A stretch of 64,000 nt of DNA from Azolla caroliniana (Eukaryota; Plantae; Polypodiophyta): NCBI GenBank assembly GCA_043228905.1, contig JBHGNT010000005.1:12834001-12898000 (forward strand), read 5' to 3'. The notes beneath the pieces are model-generated. The model did no database searches. It was not told the origin of the DNA and saw nothing but the letters and a program-made list of their open reading frames with translations. Below are positions 12,012-30,415 of this stretch, piece by piece (the stretch's first letter is position 1; every line of letters starts with the position of its first letter). The position numbers were made by a program, and so were the translations under genes.

Positions 12012-14918
12012 TTGTATATCCTCTTACATCCTTGAGATATATGATATGAAAGATTGGTGTGCATCAAGTTGGAAACTTCTTATAAGGGCATTCATGTCAT
12101 GTAATGCACCAGAGAGAAAAGTAATGACATATACAATTTGAATTCTTATTCTGCCCCTCTTAAGGCCAACCCCACGAAGGGAGGAGGTTAATTAATGTAT
12201 TGCCATCATGACTTCAAACTTTAAATTAGCCACATCGAGCAAGACCCCCATGTCTGGAGACCAAGTTTGTTAAAACAATAGAGAGTTACAATTTGAAGCT
12301 ATGTGCCTCGATATCGCCAAATTCATAAACTAGTCTAAAAAGATTAAAATGGCCTTTGCATTAACGCCACTGTTGGGAGATAGTCTCGAGTCTCCAAATA
12401 ATTATGTGGGCACAGTGAATAACAAGATGCAACATAGAAGCGCATGTTATTTTTATTCAATTAGGCTTAGGCTTGCTACCAACATTATTATCTATTATTC
12501 ATGACTTAGGCTGCCATCCTTGGATGCATTCCTTGTGAATGATTTGCAAAAGAGAAAATAGTTACCAAATATTAGTAGGTGAATCAAATTAAAACGCTAC
12601 TTTTGGCAAAGAAATCACCCATACATGACCCAAAATCTAAGTTAATACTTTTGAAATTATCACGTGATGCGGTACAAAAAGATTTGCAATAGTGAGTTGG
12701 AAATGTTAGTTTTCGTTGTTTGGATAAGGTCATAAACACGAGAGGAAATAGTTCATATGATATCACACCAAATTGTGTTAGAAAACAAACTATGCATTCC
12801 ACATACACATATCAACATATAATGATGTTTTAACATTCAAGGGCAAGTTGTCAACCTATCTTTCTTTTGGATGTTTATCAACCGATAACGAATCTTTTGA
12901 ATAACCCTGAACAAGGCGTTCTATGTTCTTTTCAAAGCCGTTTCAAAACTCGTCCTTTTGTGGAAGCCATAACAGTCTTTTCGAAAGCCTTTTAAACCTT
13001 CAAAATTAGGCATGCAATGCATAACATTTTGGAACTTGGTAGGCTATAAATCTATTGTACAAGTGGAACTACATAAAGACTCAATGTTCATCGTGATATT
13101 TTTATTAAACAACATCATGAGTCACATTTTCAATGTTTAAACAATTTCCCTCAATTACCAAGTTTTTCTCAATGTGTTTGTGTGGGTTAGTGTGCCATTG
13201 TATGCGTGTGGAAAATAAAGGGGATAGCAGGGAATAAATCTATTTGTGTGTGCATGGTATACAACCGCAACAAAGAGACCAAAAGTAGGCTATGAAAGGG
13301 GGGGGGGGGACTCCACCCCAATTTAAAAGTATTTAATGAGACCATTTGAATGCATAGACAACATGCCCTTTCATGAGTAACTAGGAAAAGTAAGGAAAGG
13401 AGTAAACTTATCCACACAGTTTCTCATTCCTCATGCTCCTTATGCTAGAGATTTCATTATTAGTGAGTAGATAATGTGAGATGAGACACTCTTTAAGAAA
13501 TGTGTGCATAATTGAATAATGGAGTAGAGTACATTTGGCTTTCTAGTTCCCCAATAGGCTAAACAAGTAGTTCCACTATGTAACTTGGAACTCACTTTGG
13601 GAACAAAATACGAGTTTGTAGACATGTATCCTATTCCATATATTTCAACTTGTGTCAATAGATTCCTCGAAATGCTTACAAAAATTGGAATATTCCTCAT
13701 TATTGACACATCCATCCATAGTTTCTAAGGGCAAATATTGAAAAAGAAATATACATAAGTTGTGTTGGGTAAACCATGAATAGAAAAAAAGAAACCTTCA
13801 GTGAAGTACTCTACTTCTCACAAGTCTATAAGGATTGCTAAGAATGTTAGATTTTAGTGAGGGCAAAACTATGGAATTGTAAGAAAGGTTAAGGGTGCTT
13901 CCTTACTTGGATTCCAATGACCTTGGAATAAGTACATCATCCCCCATATGTAAGGACCTTCCCATAGAGCCTTGAAATAACCTTTTGAACTAAAGGTCAA
14001 GTTAGCTACATGACATACTTGGTGCATGCGAATAAAAATGTGGTTGCGAGCTACACAATTGAGAAATAGGTTTGGTACTAAATTTAATTTCCGAAGTTTT
14101 TCATATCTTTTGGCTTGAGATGATCATCATGTACTAAATAATGTCGTCTAAAAGCATGGCCTTCCAAATTGCTTTCCACAACACAAAAGTTTTTCAAGAT
14201 ATTACTTTAAGGTCAAAGAATATTCTAATAATAATAAATGTTGATTTGTAATCTGGGTCGGGTGTTGTCTATTACACGAGGGATCTATGATGATAAGGGG
14301 TTTGAATGAACACCCATCATTTCTATGCATATGCATATTATTGTTGATGGTTAAGACAAGATCATTGGTATTTGGTTGGTCAAGTATGACTCAATGTGAC
14401 TTAGGGTAAAAGCTAATGTGATTGGTTTGCTTTGTTTCAAGCAAACAATTTGTTGCATTACCGGACCCATTATGTGCGCCTGCGGGGTGTTGTGGTTTAG
14501 TATGAATGAACCATGCTGAGTCTGGGTCATTTTATCTGGCCTAGTCTCTAAGATGACTCGGTTGGTTGCAAAGGAAACATGTGTGCCCCCTGCCCCGCCA
14601 TATGTGATGCTATGAAATTGGGCACTTGCCAACAAATTTATGCATATGCTTGGCTTCCATCTTTCACACGCAAACAACAAATGCAAAGAGTGAAACCGCT
14701 TCCCATGAGGAAGTCAAAATCAAGTCAAGTCAAGGCCAGGGTCACATGCATGCATTTTAGAGAGAAGAGAGACCAGACCCAGCCAGGTAAAAAAGAAGTG
14801 GGTTCCACTCCACGTCTGCGCTCTCTGTCAGAACAGAACAGACCAGCAGATCAGACGCAGAACGCAGGTGAAATTAGAACAGAAACACAGAGAAAACTCT
14901 TAACTTTACAGCAATCAA

Positions 14919-14991
14919 GAGATAGATAGATAGATAGATAGATAGAGAGAGAGAGCGAAGAAGAAGAAGAAGAAGAAGAAGAAGAAGAAGA
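14919..14991. repeat. Compound microsatellite (GATA)n-(GA)n-(GAA)n upstream of the kinase CDS (probable promoter/5' UTR region)
   Basis: Direct reading of the sequence. Confidence 0.9.
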
Positions 14992-15419
14992 AAAAGATAG
15001 GAACCCTAACTCTCTCAGAAATTGAATGAGGGAGAAGGGAAATCCTAGATTTTCACCACCAGAATTTTCCCCTCCCTTATAAAAGCATTCACCCCTTGAG
15101 TGAAAAATACCTTACATTCTGCTGGCTGTTCGCATTCTTCTTGGTAACTTATCAAAAATAGGTGATGATGAATCCGTTTATTTCCTTCAGTTTTGCCATT
15201 GTTTCTTCAGCTTCATCATCTTGCTTCTTAGTTTCTTGGGTTATCCTTTTCCTTGCCATTCTGTACCCAATTTGTATAAATGGTTACAATTTGCTGTTTT
15301 TGACGATGTTTCTAGTGGATAAAAAGGTTAAATAGATAGAGAGAGATAGCAGAGAGTTATGCATTCACCTCTACATTCTGCTGGGGCATGCACTAAAGTA
15401 ATGCATCATATACATAGTG

Positions 15420-15692
15420 AGGTAGAATCTGAGTGCAGGAGTTAGTAAAAACGTGGCTTATCACGAGGGCACAGCCCTAGAGAGAGAGAGAGAGAGAGAG
15501 TTCTGACCGATTTATTGGCCTTCTTCGTCTTCCAGACAGATCTGTCATCAGCTTGAACTTATGGCCTCCTTTTGTGGAATGTAGTTTCCAGTTCATTGCT
15601 ATTATGCAGTAAAGTATTTATATAGTGAGATTAGAACCTGGGTGCAGGGATTAGTAAAAACTTGGCTTACCACAAGGGTGCAGTCTGTGCGG

Positions 15693-15759
<67 letters not shown>

Positions 15760-15860
15760 GTGACCTATTTCTTGGTCTTCTCCTTCCAGACAGATCTGTC
15801 ATCAGCTTGAACTTGTGGTCTCTCTTTGTGGTGAATGAATGTAGTTTCCAGCTCATCACA
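15420..15860. repeat. Imperfect ~200-bp tandem duplication, each copy with a (GA)n tract
   Basis: GTGCAGGA(G)TTAGTAAAAAC..GGCTTA and CAGACAGATCTGTCATCAGCTTGAACTT each occur twice (~15430/15640 and ~15533/15787). Confidence 0.75.
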
Positions 15861-16340
15861 TTGGTGGATTCCTTTTTCATCAATATTTGGTTCTGTTTCA
15901 AGCATGATTTTCCTCGCAAGGTAATGAATATGGTCAGATACAAGCTTCAAGCATGATTTTCCAGAATTATGGTAACTTTAGGACAGTTAACATTTTCGTT
16001 TGTAAGAATTTATATACGATAGAGCTTAAATAGTGGAGAAGAGTTAGTATTTTATAATCTGATTATATACAAGCTTCAAGGATGATTGTCAGCTTTAAGG
16101 TAATGCGAAGCTGAAAGAGCATAGAACATGTCTGTACAATCACAAGGTTTCTGTAACAATCCCTTATTCTAATAGAGTTCTTATCAAACTGTAGGGAATG
16201 AGCTTTGGAGAAGACTTCCATTTTAGTGTATGATTATCTAAAGTCCCTAGTATTCTGTAAACAAAACTTATTTGTTACAAGTCCTATCAAGCTGGTAGCA
16301 CTTAAGTTTTGGAGAAGACCGTCTCCTGTTATAGGCAACC

Positions 16341-20838
<4,498 letters not shown>

Positions 20839-21920
20839 TGTTATCATTAGTTGCAAAGAAACAAGAAAGCCAGCAATTGGCTTGCATTGACAATGGTTGG
20901 AAAATGGAACTAGCTTCCATCAATTATGTTTTCTGAAGCAAGTCTATATCAGTGAAGTTATTTTGAGGGCGAACCCTTTTTTCTCTGCCTTATCCTGAAG
21001 TATGTGCCCAAGACGGATAAAAGAGTGCAAGGGTCATCATGTTATCTCAGCATGTAAATTGATAGCCATGAAATATGTAATGTTTTGACCCAATTTTGTA
21101 TTTTCTGAATCATATCCTTGTTTTGAGACTGGAAGAACATATTCTGTGTTTTGAACGTCATCATGTATCATCCTCTGGCCAAGGTCACATCATATTTTTT
21201 TATCTAATAAATGCATCACTTCCACGAATCTGGAGTTGGTGCATCTATTCCCATTACTGAGTCTTTGCATTTACAAGCTCATGTGCAATCATAGTTGCTT
21301 TTTCATTTCTGTGCAATCATGTTTATTTCAGTACTAGCTCTGGTTTCATTTAAATAAGAACAGTTTTTTTGTCTCCAAACTAACCTTCTAGCATATATGT
21401 GAGCAACCCAAAAAGAATTGATACCATTTTTTGTTAGGTTTGCAGCTTGAATACAATAAATTCTATGAAGATCGGTTCTCATTGTAGTTCTATTAAACCT
21501 AGTGCTTGTTAAATTACGTATAGTAGTTGCCAGCTAAATAAATTAACTTGATATGATTATTTCTCATAGATCTTTATTTGTAAGAAGTAAGATTTGCTCG
21601 TTCAATCAAAATAAGAATGAATTGTGTTCTGCTAGTTGTATGTAATAACTCTGTCAGTGCTTAAAATTTGATCTACTAATCTAGAGACACCACTGATTAC
21701 TAATTCTTTGCAGAATTCTTTGAGGATTGATATCATATTTTATGAGGTTTTCTGGTACATGTAAACAGTATGATACAAAACGAGATGAAATGTTCACGAA
21801 AAAGTAAATTCCAATGTCATTGTAAGATAGTTAGGATGTAACTATATTCTTGAGCCAAATGCTTGTAAGACTGAGACGTGTTTGCCTTGGTTGTGATTTA
21901 ACTTATTTATAATAAACTTA

Positions 21921-22043
21921 GGAAATTGGTAAATTCACAGTTTTTTCTGTATTTTCACAGTTTTTTGGGGGGGATGGAATCTGGCTATCATTTGTAATCA
22001 TATTTCTGAACTCAAAATAAAAACTGTGAATTTACCAATTCCC
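21921..22043. mobile_element. 123-bp MITE with ~25-bp TIRs and 8-bp TSD
   Basis: GGAAATTGGTAAATTCACAGTTTTT ... AAAAACTGTGAATTTACCAATTCCC. TAAACTTA at 21913-21920 and 22044-22051. Confidence 0.85.
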
Positions 22044-22076
22044 TAAACTTATCTCTTTATTAACAATTGACAACAG

Positions 22077-22425
22077 TTTGAGTGTCAAACTCAAACAGCT
22101 TGACACTCAAACCACTTGAAACCGAACCCTTAATTTTTTTTGAAACTTAACCATACCAAACCACGAAACCATTACAAAACATTCAAGCTCCAACCAAACG
22201 GTTTTAGAGACTTTCAAACCTTTAAACTGTTAAACCATTAAAACTATGGTTTTGCAGTTCAGTTTTGGTTTTCACGTCAAAATTCAAATTTTCACATTTT
22301 AATTTTAAAAATTTAAAAATTTTCAATCGTTTCAACAATTTGAGTTGCAGTTTCAAACCGTTAAACCGATAAAGGTTCAAACCAAACCGAAACAAGCTGA
22401 TAAACCCATTCAGCCACGGTTCTGT
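22077..22425. repeat. AAACC(G)-rich segment with a short hairpin; probable non-autonomous DNA transposon remnant
   Basis: TTTGAGTGTCAA..TTGACACTCAAA inverted repeat and many AAACC/GGTTT motifs. No TSD identified. Confidence 0.4.
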
Positions 22426-22479
22426 GGTAAGGACATTAAGATTACCAGCCTTATTTTGAACTGAAGAGCATAATTTCTT

Positions 22480-22720
22480 CCAACCAAAATACATCCTTGG
22501 TTTCCAAGAGTTCCTTAAATACATACTCAGGTGCATCAGACACAATGAGAAATGCAACATGGACTATTTAATAGAGCTTGAAATGTTTTTATTTATTTTT
22601 GACCAACCAAAATGCATGCTTGGTTTCCAAGAATTCATTACTTACATACTCAGGCGCACATCAGACACAAATGCAACATGGATTATTTAATAGAGCTTGA
22701 AATGTTTTTATTTATTTTTT
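22480..22720. repeat. ~120-bp tandem duplication (2 copies)
   Basis: CCAACCAAAAT..TTGGTTTCCAAGA..CATCAGACACAA..TATTTAATAGAGCTTGAAATGTTTTTATTTATTTTT occurs twice. Confidence 0.85.
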
Positions 22721-23614
22721 ACAATCATCAAAACATGGTGACACGACAAAATTAATTGGGTACTAATATAATGCATCTAACAGAAGTGTCAATTGACCGT
22801 AAAATGTAAACCCTGAAGTGTATAAGTTCCATATCCACCATGGTAAATACATGGTACTCATATACTTAAATTATGTGAGGCCATATAACAGAATCACTAG
22901 ACCAAACTAATTACTATATTATCACAAGGACGGCTACCATTTTCACAAATACTATAAAAGCCTCTTACCTCACAAGATCAATGAACATCAGTCAATATTA
23001 TTAAGAAGAGCATCTCCAATAAACAAGTTAAGTATGCCAATACTAAAGATGCCAAAAAGCTTTTGCGACAAAAAGGATGAAATAGAAAACTAATACAGTT
23101 AGACTAATTCTGCTTCCATCCGAAGGTACTCATACAAGACAATATCCATTAAAACAACATATAAACTATCAATAAACCCTGATATCCAATACGTGTTTGC
23201 GACCCTGAAGTTCACACAGTAAAACAAAGGATAATTACCTCACAATACAGACAACAACGTGATTTGATATTTGAGAATGTGTTCAAACAGCCTAAATACA
23301 AAATATGCACAGAGTCCATCATAAGCCATGTACAAATGCAATCTCAGCATTTCTGAGAATTGCTCAATGGAAGGTGAACTATTCTGAGAGATTACACAAT
23401 GGAAAATGTAGTACATTCAGTTTCTAAGCATTCTAGTCATTCATGTCATTCAGGCTTCGGCCTGGATAGACATTATTAATTATATATATATATATATATA
23501 TATGTAAACACAGAATACTAAATATAGTATTATCTTAAGAGATGATAGTATGTATGTATGGACCTCCATTACATAGATGTTTCATGGAACACGAATTATT
23601 TTCCGAAAATCTTT

Positions 23615-24646
23615 TTACACTGGCTCCATTTGTATGGCACTTTTGAGTGGTACATATTCTCCCATGTAGGCACCAAGATGTTCAGAGAGTGCCATCCAAT
23701 CGATTTGTTCATGATGAAATGCCTTACAAGAGAAGTAAAAGACAGTTTGAGCCAACATACCAAAGAGGGTGACAAAGGTGAGGATAGCAACCAAAAGAGC
23801 ACCCAACAAGACACGGCCGGCCAATGATGATCCATGAGCACCCATATCTTCTTTAGGATGAGCATGATGATGCACAACATAGGCATGGAAGAGAAGACCC
23901 ACAACACCAACTGATATCAAGTATAAGAAAAAGAGGCTAAATCCGAGCCTCTGATTTCCCTTGATGAGATAGAAACTTTTCTTAAGAGCAGAGATACCAA
24001 AACTCTCTTCTAACACTGAGATTACACTCGCGAGGTGCCAAACACAACTTATATAGACATGGGCAGACACGAAGATGGACACAAGCGCCACAAGTGTTGA
24101 GACAAAGATGAAGGAATTAGAGTCGGCGAGCCATCGGACGGCCATGTGGATGGAAAAGATGCTTACGAAGTGATATGCAGCAATGATGAGGAAAACCCAC
24201 AAGAAGGTGATCAATAGTCGTTTCCACACCATTGGAACAACCGACACAACATTTGTGTAAGACACGGATCTCTCAGTGTAAATACAGGCCACCGAGTATA
24301 CAATGGCGGCGGTGGAGAGCAAAGAGAATGCCAAAACAAAGAGAAGATAGGAAGCAAAGAAGAGGAGGAGTCTTGTCCACTCACCTTCAAGATCTGCTTC
24401 ATGTTTCTCCTCCGCCGATGATGATGATGATGATGATCCTTCCTGTGATTCTATGAATCGTTCATCAGAACGGATCTTGTGGATTAGAGGGCCGGATACT
24501 AAATGATGGGCCAGAATCATGAAGCATAAGGGGAGAACTAAGGTTGAGGAAAGGGAGAGGAAGAGCTTCCAATATTCTCGCAGAATCCTCGCAGATTCTG
24601 CTATAATTCCTGTCAGATTCCGCTGCTGGTGGTGTTCTCTATCCAT
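23615..24646 (-). CDS. Intronless plant multi-pass membrane protein of unknown function (343 aa)
   Basis: Intact ORF with ~6-7 hydrophobic segments. Motifs typical of a conserved uncharacterised plant family: VPMVWKRLLITFLW, WHLASVISVLE, QTVFYFSCKAFHHEQID, GEYVPL. Confidence 0.9.
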   Translation of the reverse strand: MDREHHQQRNLTGIIAESARILREYWKLFLSLSSTLVLPLCFMILAHHLVSGPLIHKIRSDERFIESQEGSSSSSSSAEEKHEADLEGEWTRLLLFFASYLLFVLAFSLLSTAAIVYSVACIYTERSVSYTNVVSVVPMVWKRLLITFLWVFLIIAAYHFVSIFSIHMAVRWLADSNSFIFVSTLVALVSIFVSAHVYISCVWHLASVISVLEESFGISALKKSFYLIKGNQRLGFSLFFLYLISVGVVGLLFHAYVVHHHAHPKEDMGAHGSSLAGRVLLGALLVAILTFVTLFGMLAQTVFYFSCKAFHHEQIDWMALSEHLGAYMGEYVPLKSAIQMEPV

Positions 24647-25162
24647 CGCGTTTAACCTGTCTCTTCTCTTAATATGTGGTTTTCCTGTCTTCTTCCTCTG
24701 TGGCTTTCACTGCCTCTGCCTCTGCCTCTGCCTCTTCGTGTGGCAGATACAAACCCTAATTCTCTTGCTTTGGGCATGAGGATGAAGGATCGATCCCATA
24801 TCTATTCATCCATCCATCCATCCATCCATCCATCCACAACATGAAATAAAAATGGATGGAGCATTGACCAAACAAACAAACATGTACATACATATGGGAT
24901 TGGATGGGATGGCCGTCTCCGCATTCACATTCACTCATTCGATTCATTCGCCCGCCCAACACACACCCCAACCGAAACAAACATCTTGTTTTGTTACCGA
25001 AACAAAACAAGACACCCATGGGATGTATGTATACATATTGTACTAGTGTCGTGTTGCATGCGTGCATATATACATACATGCATGCATGCATGCATACGTA
25101 CGTATGTCCAACATACATCGATGTCCTCGAGTCCCTACATACTACTTTATGGCTTTCCCCGT

Positions 25163-25864
25163 TGTCGTGAAGGATTCTGGCCATAAAGAGAAACGGAGCC
25201 AAGTGCATGTGAACGGATGTGTGCACCGATGCACACGAATAAAGTATTATGTACCAACATAATGTAAATAGCATAGGACTAGTAAGTACTAGGTAGTAGA
25301 ATTTAATGAGGTACTTTAAAGTCCCACACGCACAGAAAGAAATCAGGGAAGGGGGAAATCTCAAACACCGATCACAATGTAACGGTCTCCCCTTGTGCTA
25401 TAAAAGGGGAGGCTTGAGCCTGTTTTAGGGATCTGGTTTGTGGGTTGAGCTCTCTGTCTGTCTGTCTGTCTCTTTGTCTTGTCTACGATTATGTAAGGAA
25501 GCATTTGCTCGCGTAGGAAGCCCATGAGCTCCGGACCAGAGGCTCCTTGATCTGTCTACGTGCGTGCGTGTGTGGGGGCTGTGTTTCGTAGAACGTACGA
25601 CTTTGCTACCGGTCGAGCCCAGTTGTAATTTGCTTACCTTAATCTATTAGCTTCTCGTTTCGGGTTTTCCTCTCTATTTTTGTTTCGTCGTAACTAGTTT
25701 CCCGTTCTACCCGCGAATTTCGCGACACGGCTCCTTCCGTAAACCTACACACTCGTTGTCCGGTTTCCGGTAACTGACCAGGCACACCGTCACGGTTGCT
25801 CTTCCTACTCCCTCAGACTCCTTGGTTCGAGACCCTCAACACTTACTCGCGGAAAACCGCGACA
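25163..25864 (+). repeat. 5' LTR of element B (702 bp)
   Basis: TGTCGTG...CGCGACA. Left flank CCGT. Followed by TCTT and the PBS. Confidence 0.85.
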
Positions 25865-25868
25865 TCTT

Positions 25869-25886
25869 TGGTGAACCCTACATGAA
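25869..25886 (+). other. Primer-binding site complementary to the tRNA-Trp 3' end (decayed copy)
   Basis: TGGTGAACCCTACATGAA versus family consensus TGGTGAACCCGACGTGAA. Confidence 0.7.
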
Positions 25887-27830
25887 AGGGGCAATAGAGG
25901 AGTCTGAAGATGAGAGGATGCGAACTTGCTGAAGCAATGACGATGGTTGTAGACCACCTAGTTAACACTCGCAAGGGCACGAGCGCCCTTGATAGGGCCA
26001 TAGAAACGATGGTCGATTTAATGGGAAAGACGCAACAAGCTACCTGGAGGCCTACAGGGCCGAGATGCTGATGAGGAAGGAATGCCCCGGAGGACAGACG
26101 GTTGTCCGGGTTCCCTCGGGTCGTAATGATGTCATGTGGTTCTTCACACACGATATGAAAAATAGTAAATTAATTATTTAAGATTAGCTTAATGGATTGA
26201 TATGGAAAGATAAATGTCATCAAGAGCTTCATAACGCATTTTACTACACATGAAACGTGTTGAGAGTCGAACACAACTTCCCTTAGATAGGTTTCACACT
26301 AGTTCATGGACATGTTGGGCTAGTTTTGTAAATAATAGAAAGGGCACTTGCCCTAGCTTAGTTGGTATATAAACCAACGCATTGTAACTTAGTTGTTGTT
26401 GGATGTTTTATGCTTTGATGTAATTTTGGTTAATATATAGTTTGTCTATCTCTGTCGTAAGAGCTCTCTCTCTCACTCCCTCTCTCTATGTCTTGACACA
26501 CACACACACACACACACTCACACTCATCTTCCGCTGCATTACAACCACTCTTGCCTCCTCATTTCTTTACATGGTATCAGAGCGTGTGGTTGCCTGATCA
26601 AGCCTATTCGATTGTGTTGTGCTGCACGCCGACGATCAAAAGAACCGGCCCATCGACAGAGAAGAAATCACCATGAATACTCAAATGGGAAGCATTCTTC
26701 CTACTGAGAAGCTTGACAGAACGAACTTTGCATCTTGGGAATACAAGATGCACCAATACCTTGTCGGACAAGGCTACTGGAGCTACATCGAAGGAGCTCA
26801 TGAATCACACCCCAACCCCACACATGCTGACTATCCCGCTTGGGAGCAGGCCACAAGCCGTGTGTTGTATTGCCTTGCATCATGTGTTCATGATCATATG
26901 CTTGGCTACATTCGAGAGGCAAAAACGCCGAAGTAGGCGTGGGAAAACCTCAAGAAGATCTTTGCAGCCAATACGGCCACACGAAAGCTCCAACTTCGAC
27001 AAGAGTTGAACAATCTTCAACAAAGAGACATGTCAATGGGCAACTACACCTTAAAGATCAAGGAGTGGTGCGATGCACTTGGATCGATCAATGTTAGCAT
27101 TAATGACGAAGAAATGGTGCAGATATGCCTCGGTGGCTTGGCACCGCGATTTGGCGCAATAAGATCGGCCGTTCTCGCGAGAGAGAATCCTCACTCCTTT
27201 TTTAATCTCCAATCATTGTTGCTAGTCGAAGAGAATCACATGCGTCAAAGGAACAACGCGCATGACGGACAAATGCTATATTCGAACTTCAATGGAGGAA
27301 GAGGACAAAGCCGCGGACGGAGAGGTCGTTTCGGCCAAGGCCGACACAACCATGAGCGTAACTCCCACCAATGGCAAGGGGACAGAAATGGCCCCAGAGA
27401 GTTCGGCGGAAGGGGGAGTCATCACGCCGAACCAAGTAACCATAGGAACCCAGTTGAGTGCGGGTATTGTGGAAAACCTGGTCACTACGAAGAGGAGTGT
27501 TGGAAGAAGAAGTGTGAGCAAGGCCGACAACTAACAAATTACGCCACAAACTCCAACTACGGCGACCGCGACAGAATGTTCATAATGAAGCACGAAGCGC
27601 ACTCAATGTCCGCACTTGTGTCAACTACCGCTTCCACTCCGAACAACGTATGGTTTGTCGATTCGGGAGCATCCAATCACATGACGTCCCATGAAGATTG
27701 GTTTCGGGAACTTCAGAAGCCTGAACGTCCCGGATATGTCGAAACAGGAGATGACACGACTCACCCCATATAGCATATCGGGAACGTCCCATTCAGAAAC
27801 GACGGCAAACAGACCTACCTCAAGAACGTG

Positions 27831-28280
27831 CTGCATGTCCCCACCATTACGAAAAACCTGGTCTCAGTGGGTCAAATTGTCGAACAAGGAATGCAAGTAT
27901 GCTTCAATAATTATGGATGCTTCATCGAAAAAGGCGATCAAGTCGTAGCTCACGACCGACGAGAAGGTCGTATGTTCATCCTGCATGTCCCTACCATTAC
28001 GAAAAACCTGGTCTCAGTCGGTCAAATTGTCGAACAAGGAATGCAAGTATGCTTCAATAATGATGGATGCTTCATCGAAAAAGGCGATCAAGTCGTAGCT
28101 CACGACCGACGAGAAGGCCGTATGTTCATCCTGCATGTCCCCACCATTACGAAAAACCTGGTCTCAGTCGGTCAAATTGTCGAACAAGGAATGCAAGTAT
28201 GCTTCAATAATGATGGATGCTTCATCGAAAAAGGCGATCAAGTCGTAGCTCACGACCGACGAGAAGGCCGTATGTTCATC
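27831..28280 (+). repeat. Three tandem in-frame copies of a 150-bp (50-codon) unit in Copia pol
   Basis: Units start at 27831, 27981 and 28131. Peptide LHVPTITKNLVSVGQIVEQGMQVCFNN(Y/D)GCFIEKGDQVVAHDRREGRMFI x3. Confidence 0.97.
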
Positions 28281-30415
28281 CTCGAATCGAGCGAGGTAAA
28301 CTCGGCCATGTACGCAAAGGGCCAGAAAGTCGAAACCGACTTAAAACTGTGGCACAAGAGAATCAACCACATTAATCTCCAGAAGCTACAAAGCATGCAA
28401 CCGAAAGGAGTCGTAATCGGACTCCCGAACTTTACGGCAAAGGAGATTACATGCTTATGTGAAGCATGTCAGTTCGGAAAGCAACGCCGTCACCCATTCC
28501 CTAATGAGCGGAATGTGAGCAAAGGGATCCTGGATGTAATACATTCAGATGTATGGGTACTAGCTTAGACAACAACATTCGGCGGATGCCGATACTATGT
28601 CACGTTCATCGACGACTTCTCCAGGAACACCTGGATCTATCTGATGAAGTAGAAGAGTGAAGTGCTCAAGCACTTCCAGACATTCAAAGCCAAAGTCGAA
28701 AAAACTGCGGGATGACATGTACGCTGTCTTCGATAAGATGGAGGCAAATAATAATTTTCGGTGTATCTCCGAAAAGAAGGAATCCGATGAGAGTTCTCGT
28801 GTCGACACACGCCTCAGCAAAACAACGTAGCAGAGCGTAAAAATCGCCATGTAGTAGAAGTCGCACGAGCCATGTTAAACGAGAAGAACCTGCCGAAATC
28901 ATATTGGGCAGAAGCGGCAAATACGACCGTATATCTCATGAACAGGTGCACAACCTCGGGAGTACATGATATAACTCTGCATGAGAAGTTCTTTGGAAAG
29001 AAGCTGGACTTGTCACATGTTCGCATTTTCGGTTCTATCGCCTATGTACATATTCCCGATGATACACGGCAAAAGCTTGACCCAAAGTTGGAGAAATGTA
29101 TCCTCGTAGGATACTCACTTGAATAGAAGGGGTACAAATACTACAACCCCTCTACCCGTAAGGTTTGAACAAGTCGAGACGTAGTCTTCGACGAATACGC
29201 ATCTTGGTACGCACCTGAGAATACTTCAACTCCAACCCCGCTCGATGCGGATGACACTGAAATAGAAATAGAAGCTAAGGATCGGCTCACACAGATGTTA
29301 GAAGACAACCCAATTTTGACACGACTGAGTGGGCCATCAGAGCCACCGAGTGATGAAAGCACATCTCGGCCGAGTCCGAAGCTGGACAAAGGGAAGGCGA
29401 AAATGCAGGAATATGAAGATCAGGAAGAGACCGAGATGCTTCACTCTTTTGATAGTGAATTTGAAGATCTCGACATTCGCATAGATGGAACAAAGAAAGC
29501 CATACTCCCCACGGATCGAGAGTTACGCCGATCCATACGTGAAAAGAACCCCGTAAACCGCTACGGCTACGACGAGTACATGGCGTATCACTACGCTTTT
29601 ATGATGAAAGTAGCGTCAGTACGGGAATCGGAAACGCTTTCCGAAGCCGCAAAGGATCCGCGATGGGTCGACAGGATGAATGAGGAGATGGAAGCTTTAT
29701 GCAAAAACGAGACATGGGATCTCGTTCCCTCCCCTCGAACAAGAAAGTGATTGGCTGTAGATGGATATACAAAGTAAAATACAATGCTGATGGATCCGTA
29801 AATCGCTTCAAATCACGGCTCGTTGCGAAAGGCTATGCGCAAACGCACAACATAGACTACGAAGAAACCTTTGCCCCAGTGGCAAAGATGACAATTGTAC
29901 GGACAATAATTGCACTCGCAGTAGCGAAGGGATGTGTTAAGAGTCTATTACTAATCAATAGACCAAATTAAGTAAAAAGGAAGAAAATAGATTGGATAGA
30001 AGAACCCGTTCCACCCGACCACCCCCGAGCTATGATCTAGACATAGCCAACCTACCACCGACGTCCCATACCGCCGGATATTAGGATGACTAATACCTTG
30101 GAAGAGATAAACACGATCGTCGAGACGAAAGCCTAGCCCGCACCACCGGTGTCTACGACAGCAGCCTTCCGACGTGATGATCCTTATGAGGGTAGCTAAG
30201 CCTCATATTTATACCTTTTCCTAGGCCCCTTGAATAGATGTGCCTTTCTAAAAGGCTCTCTATTCATTGGTTGTCTAAATCATGATAGTGCATGCACATA
30301 TCATTCATTCTATCCAATCATTAGTCCCCTTTTTAATAATAGTGAACATACCCTTCACTAATGTAAATATTAGTGACCTACCCTCACCAACGTTATGTGT
30401 ACATAACATACTCCC

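Noticed and set aside
10640-14300. Possible host gene or transposase in the AT-rich interval
   Set aside because: Only short ORFs with no recognisable motifs apart from the LINE endonuclease fragment; cannot be supported by eye.
15540-15812. CTGATGA on the minus strand as a hammerhead ribozyme core
   Set aside because: No GAAA core or flanking helices at suitable spacing were seen.
27831-28280. Regularly spaced repeats as a possible CRISPR array (also 35819-36135)
   Set aside because: Units are contiguous with no unique spacers, there are no cas genes, and the context is eukaryotic TE.
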